Positions 1 to 13,100 of a stretch of DNA of 64,000 nucleotides are shown here, piece after piece. The stretch comes from Methanosarcinales archaeon (GTDB taxonomy: Bacteria; Omnitrophota; Gorgyraeia; Duberdicusellales; 4484-171). The notes under the pieces were generated by a model. It worked only from the letters and a program-made list of their open reading frames with translations, did no database searches and was not told the DNA's origin. Position numbers and translations under genes: made by a program. Where the stretch lies: positions 2,401 to 66,400 of the forward strand of contig JAIWAR010000003.1 of NCBI GenBank assembly GCA_048634245.1. The letters are read 5' to 3'. Every line of letters starts with the position of its first letter. Positions within the stretch are counted from its first letter, which is position 1.

Positions 1-1
1 G

Positions 2-1100
2 GAAACAGTATTTAGGAATAGAGAAGAGCAGGAAAGAAAGTTAAGGAAGGAGATAGAAAGAGCAAAGGATAGAGGAGAAAATACACAAGGAATGGGAGCG
101 ATGAGTCCGGAAGAAGTGACTCGTTTTGTAAACTTTTTTGAGCGGTTGACAGTACATATGCTGGAGGAGATGCCTAAGAGAGCAGATCTGGTATTTGAGA
201 TGAGTGGCGGACATAGGATAAAGAATGTTTATCGTAATGAAAAATATGACGGGGGGAGTGAAAAATCGGATTTAAGTAAACATACAGGATCAGTTAAAGT
301 AACGGGGATAGTCAATGGCGTAGATATACAAAAGGTATTAGAGAAATACAATTTATCAAATATGCCTGCAGACACTGATGAAGAGATAAATGAGTTTAGG
401 GTGGCTTTAGCAGGGGCGATACGAGAAGAAGTGGGCGAAATAGATATCGGGTTGTTGATACCGTATTACCAGGAATATGGTAACGCGCCGCATGTGTTAA
501 GGACAATGATTGCCGGGTATGAGGGGTACTTTTCGGATAAACGAGCAGTGGTCATTGCGGTAGGGACAAAGGCCGCGGGTGAAGCCGGAGAACGAGCGCG
601 AGTATTATTAGAGGAAGAAGCGAATAAGCATGAGGGGAATCTTAATATTATAATTTTACACCTTGATGAAATAGAGAGAGGAAAAGGCCGCGGTTTGAGA
701 TGGGCATTTACGATTGCGCACGCCTTAAGGGCAGAGGCGATATTGCATTTAGACGCGGATTTGTATACAGAGATTAAAGGTGTATCGAGCAGAGAAAAAG
801 CAATTAATTGGAAAGAGTGCCCGGAAGAAAAATTCATGAGTTATATGGAATCACATCGTTTGCGTGGATTAAGCCCCTACTGGATAAAAGCGATGGTGGA
901 ACCGGTACTAGAGAGAGAAGTTGGATTAGTACTTCCGTACTATGTGCGGCCGATATTTGACGGAATGATTACTAAGTTTCTTATGTACATATGGGCTGTA
1001 GTATTTTATAAAGTAAATATAGAGCAGATAATCGCCGGAGATTTTTGTTTGTCAGGTAAGTTCGTGGATATGCTGTTAGAAGATGAGAAATTGTGGAAGG
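2..1100 (+). other. Domain: C-terminal part of a diverged GT-A glycosyltransferase, glucosyl-3-phosphoglycerate synthase (GT81)-like paralog (copy 0, continues upstream of window)
   Basis: Peptide ...IERGKGRGLRWAFTIAHALRAEAILHLDADLY... (nt ~680-770) matches the GpgS core PGGKGxALxxGLxxAxGDIVVFLDADL including the DxD. Downstream layout RY.R....L.Y....Q..G.F..S parallels copies at 2180 and 13690. Confidence 0.4.
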
Positions 1101-4100
1101 ATGAGAATTTCAATACGTTTGGATATGACAATGTTGTGACATCGTTGGCGATAGTGAAAGATTTTAAGATTATTCAAGCAGCGTTGGGAGAGAAATTGCA
1201 TAATGATAGTTCACGGATAAAAGAAAGAGTTATAAATGATAAGCAAATAGAAGAGCTAAAGAATGCTCGCGTTATTTTTGAAAAGAAAACAGGAGAATTT
1301 GAATTTGTGATAAACGATCAAACCGCAATAAAAGCGCGGATACGGGCGTATGTGTATGAACACCCTGAATCGAGTTTGCAGGATATAATATTATTAGATG
1401 AGATGGAGATAGATGGCAGGATTGTAAGGATAAAAGAAGACAATTTACGTCTTATGTTTAAGGAAGTATTCGCAGGAGCACATAGGTTTATGATAGAGAG
1501 GTGCGATGAGCTGGAAGCATTGATGGAAAGCGAGGTAACTAATATAGAGGTAACCGGACCGGAGTATCTACAGCGGATTTTACCGGTACAGATACAGTTA
1601 GATTATGAGAAGGTATTAGCAAAGTTTATAGAAGGGTATAATCTTTATTCGGGGATAATTAGTAATATAGTAAGTAGTAATAAAGAGACTTTTTCAGATA
1701 CGATAAAAGAATTAGTGAAAATAGCCGAAGAGGATCCCGATAATTTTGAATTTACAAATGAGTTATATGCGAAGATATTTCTTAAAGTAGCCGTGAGTAA
1801 ACAGAAAGGTATAGGTGATATAGATTTGGTGTTAGCGATGGAAGTATTATGGAGAGGAAGAGTCGCTTCATTTATAAAGAGAATAAATAAATACGCTAAG
1901 GAAAAGACGGAAGAGTATGGGCCGGAGGAAGCATATGAAATGGCGTATAAGTATTCACAGCATTTAGTAAGCGAACAATTGAGGATGGTAGAGCTGATAT
2001 TAGCACGGTATGCAGAGAGGTATAGAAACGCATTGCGAGAAAATGGGAATAACAAGGCTGCGGTGCGGGGTGATAAGCAATATGATGGTGGCAAGGCAGC
2101 TGAAGACGCAATACGCGAAGAGAAAAGACAAACGCGTTCTGTCTACAATGAGGCAATGAAAACGCCGTTCAAAAAGGCTGAAATTATAGGCAAGGTTGAT
2201 ATTGTTATTGGCATACCCTTTTTTGATGAAGTAGAGACAGTAGGTAATGTATTTAAGAAAGTAGTGGAGGACTTGAAAGAACATCACTCTGACAAGGAGT
2301 CTGCGATAATCTGCGCCGGCGGCCCTTCAGGCAAGCCTGCTCAGAAAGCTTTAAAAATTCTTGAAGGTATTACCCTGCCTTCCAATATAAAAAGGATAGC
2401 CTTTATTCTGCCTATTAGAGGTAAGGGCATAGGAGGAATGAGGCCGGTTATGGAACTAGCTGATATGTTGGGCGCTGAGGCCTGCACTTTCATTGACGCT
2501 GATGAGCGCAAGGTAACTAAAGAATGGGTTTCTCTTATGGTTAACCCCATATTAAATCAGGGATATGACTTTATTTCTTCCCGTTATGCTCGTTATAAAC
2601 ACTCCGCCACAATTACCAATCATCTAGCCTATCTTTTGATTGGAGCAATTTATGGACTAATAGTACGCCAGCCTATTGGCGGAGAATTTGCCCTTTCAAG
2701 AAGATTGATAAAATTATATCTTAAAAATCCTGAAGTCTGGTTTACCAATGTAGGTACTTACGGGGTAGATAATTGGCTTACTACAACAGCTATTGTTAAT
2801 AAGGTGAAAATGGGCGAGGTTGATTTAGGCATTAAAGCGCATAGTTTTAGTGCTTTTCCTAAACGGGGGGGGATGTTTATCCAGGTAACCAGTGAAATAT
2901 TTAGCCAGGTAAAGAAAAATGCGCCTTTCTGGAAAAAAGTAGAAAAGGTTAAGCCTATTGATACTGTTGGCCCGTTGAAGGGGGAAACACCTGAATCTGT
3001 ACCTCAGAAGTACAGGGAGTGGCTTGGCAAGTTTAAGGATAATTTCGAGAAAAATCTTCCTACATACAAAGAGATATTGCCGAGAGATATAGTTAATGAA
3101 TTAAAAATTCTGGTTTATACTGAAAATGAAAACTTTGAACTTAAAGCTTCAGTTTGGGCAAAGATTGTTTATACTTTTCTTCTTCATTATAGTTTTAGTG
3201 AGGAGCCTATAGGAGAAAAATTCTGGGACGCGCTGGTTGCCATATGGCAGGCGCGGGTAGGTTCTTTTATCAGAGAGACCGAAAAAATGAGCCATGAGGA
3301 AGCAGGAGAAGTTATCTATAAACAACTTGAAGAGTTTATCAGCGCAAGAGAGGGATTTGTTAATGAATGGAGAGAGAAAGAAGCAGGTTTTGACGGCGGG
3401 ACAAAAAGTAACGACATAGCGAAACGTCTTTGTAAAATATTCGCAAGTGAGAGTAAGTGGTATAAGTATATTGAAAAAAGTAAAAACAAAAAAGGCATCA
3501 CTGATGATAGGGAAGTAGTTTTGGGAGTAATACCGAAAGGACATTTTGAAGAAACAGACGAATATGACGATATTATTGCTTTGCATGGCGGAACCGGCGG
3601 CGCGTCCTTTGGAAAGTCGGTAGGGTTTTCGGAAGTAGCTAAATTTCTCAGCCAGAAACTTTCAACTGGTTTAGCTATTTCGCCTCACGATACCGGAGGA
3701 GCTTCCCGCAAACTTCAGGATAGAGTAGCCGGAGTTTTAGGCTATATACCTTCACCGGGAGATACGATGAATATTCTTTCCGGATTCAGCTCTTTTTACA
3801 AAAAGCTTATTTTGGGGACAAGGTTTAAAGATGATATTCAGCCTCATGAACTTTTTGTTGATAAAATAACCGAATTGCTTCAGAAGGTAGTTAATATGTC
3901 CGAGGATAAAGTTTTAGTTAAGAGTAATAAATTAACATGTGATTATCTGGAGTTTTACGAAAACAACTATATTATTCACTACAATAAGAATACTCGTATT
4001 TTAACTTTTACGAATACAAAACATAAACCTAACGAAACCAAGAAAGATATAGTAAAGGTAAATTTAAGTACAATAGAGGAATCCAAAGAAATAGAATTCG

Positions 4101-7100
4101 ATGGATTTAGATTTACTTTATCTAATAAAAATAGTGATTTTATATTAGAGGCGCCCTTTTTATTGGATGAAGACTGGGCTTATTTCTCCGCTGCTTTGAT
4201 TAGACTGGCTGGTGTTGTAGATGGATTTAAGAAGAAGTATAACCTTAGTAATCTTTTAGCCGGGGGAAGCATACAGAATTTTCTAATTCTTGGAGCAATG
4301 CTTGATACAGACGCATATAATACTAATAGAAAAACCGTAGATATAGATAAGTATAAAAAAGGCATTTCCAACCTTTGTTATATACTTTGCATAAAAGATG
4401 TTTCTCTTAAAGTGTTTCTTTCTACCTTTGAGGAAGGCACCCTCTACGTTAGGCTTAAAGATATGACTATTATAAAAGGAGGAGTTAACTATCAGCTAAA
4501 AGACGAAAACAAAGATGAGTTAGCAGAGGCAGGTGTAAAAATAGAACACTCGGAAATGGGCGAGTTTGATTTAGATATAAACGGCAGGTCTCTTAAAATA
4601 ATACAAGATATAAACGGAGTGGTTTATCGTAATTATCCAGATAAGGAAGACAGTAAAACTCAGGTTATTTTAACTCTGGGCAATAAGTTTTCTTTAGATT
4701 ATTCTTCGACAAAAGTGAATATAGAAAAAGATACAGAAGGAAATATAAAGATTACTTACGTGCAGAAGGGGAAAAAGCCGTTGACAGAAGATATGGTGAT
4801 AGGAAAAGAGTTTCCCATTATCTTCCAGTCTGAGTTTGAAGACTTAGGAGAAGGTGATAAACATTCTATAGCCAAAGTAATGCTTAATAAGAACAGTGAA
4901 ATTATAGTTACTCTGGATACACGGGGAGAAGGTGTTACCTTTTATCTAGGCGGGGAGGAAGTTGGCATAAAAGGAAGATTGGTTATTGAGCAAACTTGGA
5001 TTACAGAGAGTTTGCACTCAACGGGAATACAAAAGCTCGGTTTTATTAATAAAGCTTCTCCCAGTTATTATGATGAGCTGATTAGAAGGATAGAGAACAC
5101 CAACCTCTTAATTATGGGCCCGGGCAGTTTTTATACCAGCCTTCTCTCTATTCTTTTAATCCCGGAGATAGTTGAAGCATTAAAAAAGAGAATCAAGGAG
5201 GGAAAACCCAATCTTTATATATTTAACCCCTATATGGATAATGAAACTGTAGGTTTAAATAAGATTTCTGAAATAATAGATGCATTTGAGAGGTTTATTC
5301 CAGGAGTAAAGTTCAGCGATTTGTTTAATTACGTATTAATAAATGAATTAGAGGAAATTGAAAAAGATGCCCGTAATGGTGACGATGATGCTTTAAGGGC
5401 GTTAGAGCTTATGGATGAAATGGAGAGTAAACTTCAAGAATCAAAAGGCCGGCAAACTCGGACAGCAGGAGATTTTGCCAAGTTTTCAAAATATTCCCGA
5501 GGGGCTATTAAGTTTGATAAAGAAGCATTGTCTCTTTTATATCGGGATAATGTTAAAATATTTACCATAAAGGCGGCATTGGGCAAAAGAGCAGTACGTA
5601 AGGCTGGTAAAGCAGGAATAGAGGAAACTGTAAGATATGGAGAAGAAAATATTGCCAGAGTGATTGATGAAATTTACTGGATAGAAGAAAGGCTGAAGAA
5701 AGCGCCTAGATATACCAAAGTTCTTAGTGAATATTTTGAAGGTAATGAACCCGAATTAATACGCGAGATCGAGCGTTATCTAAATCAGGTAAAGGGAATG
5801 AGTCATCTTAATGTGATTTCGCAGTTCTTTGATGAATTAGAAGGTAAAAATAGGCAGCAGGGCGGTGATTTAGCAGGAGAATTCTTTGACACGCAGTTAA
5901 TCATATCTAACTTTAAACATACATTAGTCAAATATGATTCCTCTCGGCTTACAGATAAATTACAAAAATCTCTAAACAGTTTTTTAAAGAATAAACACAT
6001 GGTAGTTATTACCGGGCTTAAAATAGAAGATATGGAGAAGTCTTTTATTAACAGAATAGATGAAAATGTACGTAAAAACTTGATTATTGCTGAATGTTCA
6101 GGGGCAATTGTTTGGTATTTTAACAAAAAGGGGGAAAAAGAATTACTTTATTCGATGTGGGATGAAATAAGCGATAAAACTGATTTAAGGATAAAGTGGA
6201 ATAAGATTATAGATGATGCTATGTTTGAATTTAATCTGGATAAAAAATCGGAAGATGCAAAAGGAAATATACTGGATGAAATTACAAAAGTTGATAGAGG
6301 CGCCCAGATTACTTTGGAATTTGCTGAGAGAACTCACCTGAGTTTTGAGTTAAGTTTTGATATTAATAAAAAATTAGACTCTAATTTACCTATGATAGGC
6401 AAAGACGGAGATATGAGAACTCCTGTATGTAGGTATTTTAATACAAAATTTAAACAAAAGAAATTACCTTTAGTTGCTATTAAAGGCGGCACAGGCGCAA
6501 TTAATATAATACTTAAGAAGGTAGAAAACAAGGGGGATATAGTAAGGACAATATTACGTCTGGCTAAAGTTAAAGGAATAATACCTGAAGATAATTTAGA
6601 TGAAGACATTCTTGTTACCGGCAAAGATAATCGTGAGGTTATAGAAGAATTCCCATTGGCACATTGGCTGATGTTTAGGCAGGAAGAAGTACCTTTGGAA
6701 TTAAAAGACAGAATCGACAGGTGGCAGGGCGCTTACGGTGTAAAAGGAGTAGAAGAGTTCTTTGAAAGATTATTAGAAGACAAAAACGGCAATAAAGACG
6801 GCGGCAGCCTTTCCAAACCTGTATCGGAAGGGGTTGTGTTTGACGGGGGGAAGAATAGGAAAGATTTAGATATAAAAAAGCATCTTAGGAAGATATTCGA
6901 AGGCAATTTAGATGAAAATATCGAAAAAAGCGCAAAGAAAAAAGGTATTACCAAAGAAGAAGTAATCTCCGAAAAGACGCCGCCGGAACGAGAAATAAGA
7001 AAACCGGGGCAACCTGATGATATTGTGGCTTTGTATGGCGGTACAGGGGGAAGATTCTTTGGAGAATCGTTGAGATTCTCGGAATTAGTTAATTTTCTTA

Positions 7101-10100
7101 AACAGAAACTTCATGTTCTTTTCGCTATCTCACCTCATGATGACGGGGGCGCTTCCCGCAAGCTTCAAGAAATGGTAGAAAAAGTTTTAGGGTATATACC
7201 TTCACCAGGCGACACAATGAATATTCTTTCAGGGTCCAGCTCTTTTTATAAGAAACTTATCTTAGGAACAAGATTCGCAAAAGACTTAGAAGACCATGAG
7301 ACCTTTACCGATAAGATAACTGAATTTCTTAAAAAGGTAGTGGATATGACTCAGGATAAAGTCTTGGTTGAAGATAGTAAGCTGGTATACACCGGACAGT
7401 TAGAGTTATATGAAACTGTTTATGGCATCGATTATGACGGGGAAAAATGCGTTTTATATTTTGCTGACATAAAAAAGCCGGAAGTAAAGATAGAAGTAGA
7501 ATTAAATAAAATAGAAGAATCTAAAGTAATAAAGCTTGATGGTTTTGATTTTAAATTATCCAGGAAGAATAAGGATAAGTTTGTTTTAGAGGCGCCTTTT
7601 GAATTAGATGAGGATTGGCTGTATTTTTCTGCCGGTTTAATTAGGATAGCGGATATTGTAGATAAGTTTAAAGAGAAATACAATTTAAAGAATTTTCTGG
7701 CCGGAGGAAGTGTCCAGAATTTCATTCTTCTCGGGGCTATGCTTGAAACCGGAGCGTATAGCACCCAAAGAAAAATTGTAAATATAGGTGAATACAAAGA
7801 GGGCATAGTGAACCTTTGCTGTATATTGGGCGTGGAAAATCTTACTGTAGAGGTACTTCTTTCTACTTTTGAACCCGGCACCCTCTACGTTAAATTGAGT
7901 GATATGACTATTATAAAAGACGACACTAATTATCTCTTGAGAGAAGATAACAGGGAGAAGTTAGAAGAAGCAGGCGTAGATATAAAGTGCATTGATACCG
8001 GAAAGTTTGAGTTAGTGGTAAACGGTAAACGGTTTAAAATAAGCGAAAATATAGAGGGAAAGGTTTATCGCCATTATTTTGATAAAAAAGACAGCAAGAC
8101 CCAAGTTGTTATGCCGCTTCAGAAAGAGTTTTCTTTTGAGTATGCTTCGGTAAAGGTGAACATAGAAGAAGATTCCCACGGCAGAATAAAGATTATTTAT
8201 AAGCAAAAAGGTAAAAAAGCTGAGGAAAGAGTTATGAATGCGGGAAAAGAATATTTAGCTGCTTTACCTTCAGAATGGGGCAAATTAGGAGAAAAAGATA
8301 AATATTCTATTGCCAGGGTGATGCTTACTAAAAAGAAAGATATTGTGGTTACCTTGGATACGCGGGGATTAGGCGTTATTCTTTATTTAGGCGCTGAGGC
8401 GCTGAGTATAAAGGGGAGATTGGTTATTGAGCAAACATGGATTACAGAAAGTATTCATTCCGCAAAGATACAGGAACTTGGTTTTATTAATAATGCCGCT
8501 CCCCGGCATTACGAGGAGTTGGTTGAAAGAATAAAGAAAGCCAAATTTTTAAGTATGGGGCCGGGCAGTATTTATACTAGTCTTCTTCCTATTCTTTTAA
8601 TTCCGGAGATAATTGAGGCCTTAGAAGAAAGAACTAAAAAACACAAACCCAGCATTTTTATATTCAATCCTTATATGGATAACGAAACAATAGGTTTAGA
8701 TAAGGTTTCTAAAATAATGGAGGCATTTGAAAGGTTTACAGGTAAAAAATTCAGTTCTTTATTTAACTTTGTAGCTGTGAATGATTTAGAAGAGATTAAG
8801 AAAGAAGCGCAGAAAGGCAGGGAAAAGAGCAGGAAGTTATTAGGGCTTATGAACGAGACGAAAAGTAAGCTTAAAGCATTAAAAGGAGAGGGAAAACAGG
8901 TTCGTACAGGAGCGGATTTTGCTAAATTTTCTAAATATTCTTGTGGCCCCATTGAGTTTGATGAAAAAGCCTTAGCGTCTTTGTCTGCAGGCGGAGTCGA
9001 GATACTTACTATAAAAGCAGAGCTGGGTGAAAGGCAGGTACGCAAGAAAGGAAAAGCAGGGACAGAAGAGGCAGTAACATATGAAGGACGCGATATAGCT
9101 AAAATAATCGATGAGATATATGGGAAAGAGAAGGGAGTAAGCCGGCTAATAGCTAAAGACGCAATCCCCCCCTACGCTAAAGCTTCGGAGGGCAGGCGCG
9201 ATATGGAGGATGTACGACGAATAACTGACGGCGGCAAGCGTTTTAATGAGGATGATGTTAAGAAGTATTATAAGCGGGGGCTTGGCCAGTTGAATGACGG
9301 TAAGCTTGAGCAGGCACTGAGTTCTTTTTATAAGGCTTTGAGTGTATATAATTTAATATTGAGCGTGGATGCTTCTAAGAGGGAAGATGAAGGATTAAAA
9401 GAACTGTGTTCAAAGAGTGAACAGAAGATTAGTTCTATTGAAAGGGGCGGGAAAAATGGATTGGAAGGATTTTTTCTTCATCGGGTCAATTCTCAAAATG
9501 GCCGGCTGTTTAAGTCGGATAAACCGGTTAACTGGATAAACGGGCATAAAAAAGGTATTTGGCATGCTACCGCGCAGGTTCTTGTTATAGATCAATCCGG
9601 CCGTATGCTAATTCAGGTTCGGGAGGATATGGAAAGAAAAAAAGACCTTGCGGCAAGCGGGCATCTAAAGCCGAATGAGTCATACGAAAAGCAGGCTCTT
9701 CGGGTGATTGATGAGACTCTCTTTTCACCAAAGGAAGACTCTTTACGGCCGTTGCTTGAAGGGCGAAAGGTAGGCCGCAGGGATTTTGAAGGTGAGTCAG
9801 GGTGTGATGATTCTAACACTTTCTATTCAGCTTCAAAAGAAGAGCGGAACCTCGAGTATTGCCGGTTTTTTCTATATATCCTTAGTGCTGAAGAATTGAG
9901 GGAAATTGAAGAGGAAATTAGAAGTGAGAGTGACTCAATGTTTAGATTTCGTCCCCTTGAGCAGTCATTAATTGAATGTATTCAAACTCGACCCGAACAG
10001 TTTGTCAGCACAATTCTTCAATTATTCTGCAGTGATTACAATATAGAGCTCGTCAAAATGAGGATTTTGGAGGAACTATTTAGAATTCTTAAAGAAATAA

Positions 10101-13100
10101 GAAATAATCCGGAGTCTGCAAAAACAGAATATGTTAATAGTATTAGAAAATTTGCGGAAAAAGTAATTGAGTGGAGAAAAGACTGGCGAGATTATGGCAC
10201 AACAGATGAGAAATATAAGACAGAAGAGATGATAGAGTCAGAAGATAAGGATGCTTTTGGCAGGCGTCGCGCCCGTGCCATTTCCGAATTAAAAATTTTA
10301 CATCGGCAATGTTTAATACTTGTAACCTGGCAAGAACTCCTTGGTTATTACCAAAACGAAGAAAAACAGTTAAAGTCAGAAAAGTCGTTTTTTTGCGTAG
10401 ATAAGGCTATTGAGCTTATGGGCAGGGTATATGGAAATGAGGCAAAAACAGTTCAGGGGAGAGCGTTATTAAGTATTTTCTTAAGAAAGGGAGTAAAATT
10501 AGAGAATAAACCCGATGGTACTTATTGTTTTAAGAAGGATGGTAAGGTCTTAGAAGGGGTAGCTATTAATGATAAAGACGAACTTGAAATTAGCCCGAGA
10601 ATAAGGAAAGGAATCGATACCATCCGTAAGGGCGCAATTGCCGCGGATATGGATTTGACCACTGCATTTCGCGATGAGAATATAGATACAGAGATGCTTA
10701 ACCATATTAGCCGGCTTATGATGTTAGGAATACGCTACGGAATAATTTCAGCAAATGAATTTGAAAAACAATTTACGCGTTCTGTGACTGAATTTATCCC
10801 TCTAAGGTTATTATATAAGTGTTTTGTTATTTACGCGAGCGGAGCTGGTGTGAAGGCAAAATTTGATCAAGAAGGTAATATTTTACCGGATGAAAAATAC
10901 ACACGGAGTTTCACAGAGGCTCAAGTAGAAGAATTAAACACTTTTTTAACTAAACTTACTTATATCTGGGAAGAAGTAGTAAGGGTTTTGCGGGAGAATG
11001 TAGAAAAAGATGAAGACAAATTGACATTAAATGATATTGAAATGATAGAAAGAAAAATTAAGGATAGATTTAAGAAGAAAGAAATTAAGGATGCCAATAA
11101 GGTTATTTTAGATAAATACCAGGTAAATATCGTAGAGATATTAAACCAAAATATAACGAAGATCCTCCGAGATATAAGTGAAATTTTAAATTCTTCACCT
11201 GAATTTGAAGAAGGAAAGGATGCCAGAAAAGAAGAAAAGAGGTTAAAGTATAAGAAAAAGCTTGAGGCACAATTAGATCTTGACTATTCCGAAGAAAAAT
11301 TAAAAGATACAGGAAATTGGCCGTTTATAGACTTAAGAACAAACATAGGTAAAGATAAGTTAATCCAAATTACTATAAAGCCTATATATCCTGCCGAAAA
11401 ACATATTGCCTCAAAAGAAAATTCCGCAAGAGAAATATTGGGTAACTTAATTATAGAACCGGTGGTTAAGAAAATCAATTCTTTACTTTTAGAAATTCAG
11501 CCGGGACTAGTCCCTATAGAAATCACTTTAGGCGGTTCAACTAGTATCGATTTCGCGAGAAAGGACATTAATAAGAGCATTGCGGCAGAAGATTTGATAA
11601 GAGGGGCAAGACTTGAGAAAGAACGCGATCTTCTTCTTGCCATTGGTGATGAATTTATTTTTACAGGAGTTGATTTCGCATTTCTTAAGACTCCGAAAAT
11701 AACTGTTATTTCGGTTGAAGACACAAAGGACAATAAAGAACGTCAGTATAAAAAAGCCGATAAAAAGAAAATTAAAGCAAAGTGTTTCTGGAGCGGGAAT
11801 TATCCTGAGCTTGGCGGGGTCGGAATTAGCGCTACCTTAGGGATTTATTTAATGCTCGAAGAGTTATACGCCGAAGAAATCTTTCGTTTATTTGAAGGCG
11901 ATAAGGACATTGTTCCTGCAATTCGCAGGTTAGGGCAAAGATTGGAAAAAGGACACTCACAACTAAATACCGCCGACGGCGGACAAATCGAAACAAAACC
12001 CTTAGAGCAGTTAAGCAGTTACAACAAACATAAAGAAAACTTCAAAATTGAATTCGGAACTAGCGGATGGAGAGGAGTAATCGGAAAAGATTTTGATATA
12101 CATAATGTAAGACGAGTAGCCCAGGCAGTAGCCGAGTATTACAATAACTATATAAAACAAGGGATACTGCTGATAGGGTTTGACCCCAGAAAAGGCAACA
12201 GGGAGTATGCTATGGAAATAGCGGCAATAATGGCAGGGAACGGAATACCGGTAAGGATAATCTTAGCAGAACCCACCCCTACCCCGGTACTAGCCTATTT
12301 AACCAATTCCAATCCAAAAATAAGCGGAGTAATCAATTTAACAGCTTCACATAATCCGTACGAAGATGCGGGGCTCAAATTCTCACCATACCACGGCGGA
12401 GCAGCCAACAAAAAAATAACCGGCCAAATAGCAAATTACGCGAATACAGCCGCGGAATATAAAAGCATGAATTATGAAACCGCGGTATCGGACGGGATAA
12501 TAGAAGAATATGAATTAGAAAAAGCCATAGATATATATGCAAATAAATACATAATACCAAAACTAAAAGAAATAGGTGCTTGGGATACAATTGTAACCTA
12601 CATAAAGAAAGACAAAGAATTCAAGCTTATCTTAGACCCGATGCAGGGAACAGCAGTAAAATACATGGAAGCAATCTATGACCAAATGAGTAAGGAAGCA
12701 GGAAGAAAATTCTATGAAATGATACATACAAACAATAAAGATCCGGAATTTAAAGAAGTAAAAGGAGCACCAAATCCGACAGAATCAGAAAATATTCAGC
12801 CATTATTGAATATGCTGGTTGGAAATAAAAATGTATTCAAATTGGCAACTGATGGAGATGCCGATAGATTCGGAATAATAGATTTTGGAGGAAAAGAATT
12901 GTCAGCCAATGAAATAATGGCAATGCTGGTTTACTTCTTGCATGATAAAGGATTCAAAGGAGCGGTAGGCAAGACAGTAGCTACATCAAACTTTGTAAAT
13001 GCTATAGCAGAATATCTAGGAATAGAGTTGATAGAAGAGCCGGTAGGGTTTAAATGGTTTGTAGCCAGAATAATGGATGAAGGGAAGAAATTCATCGTAG

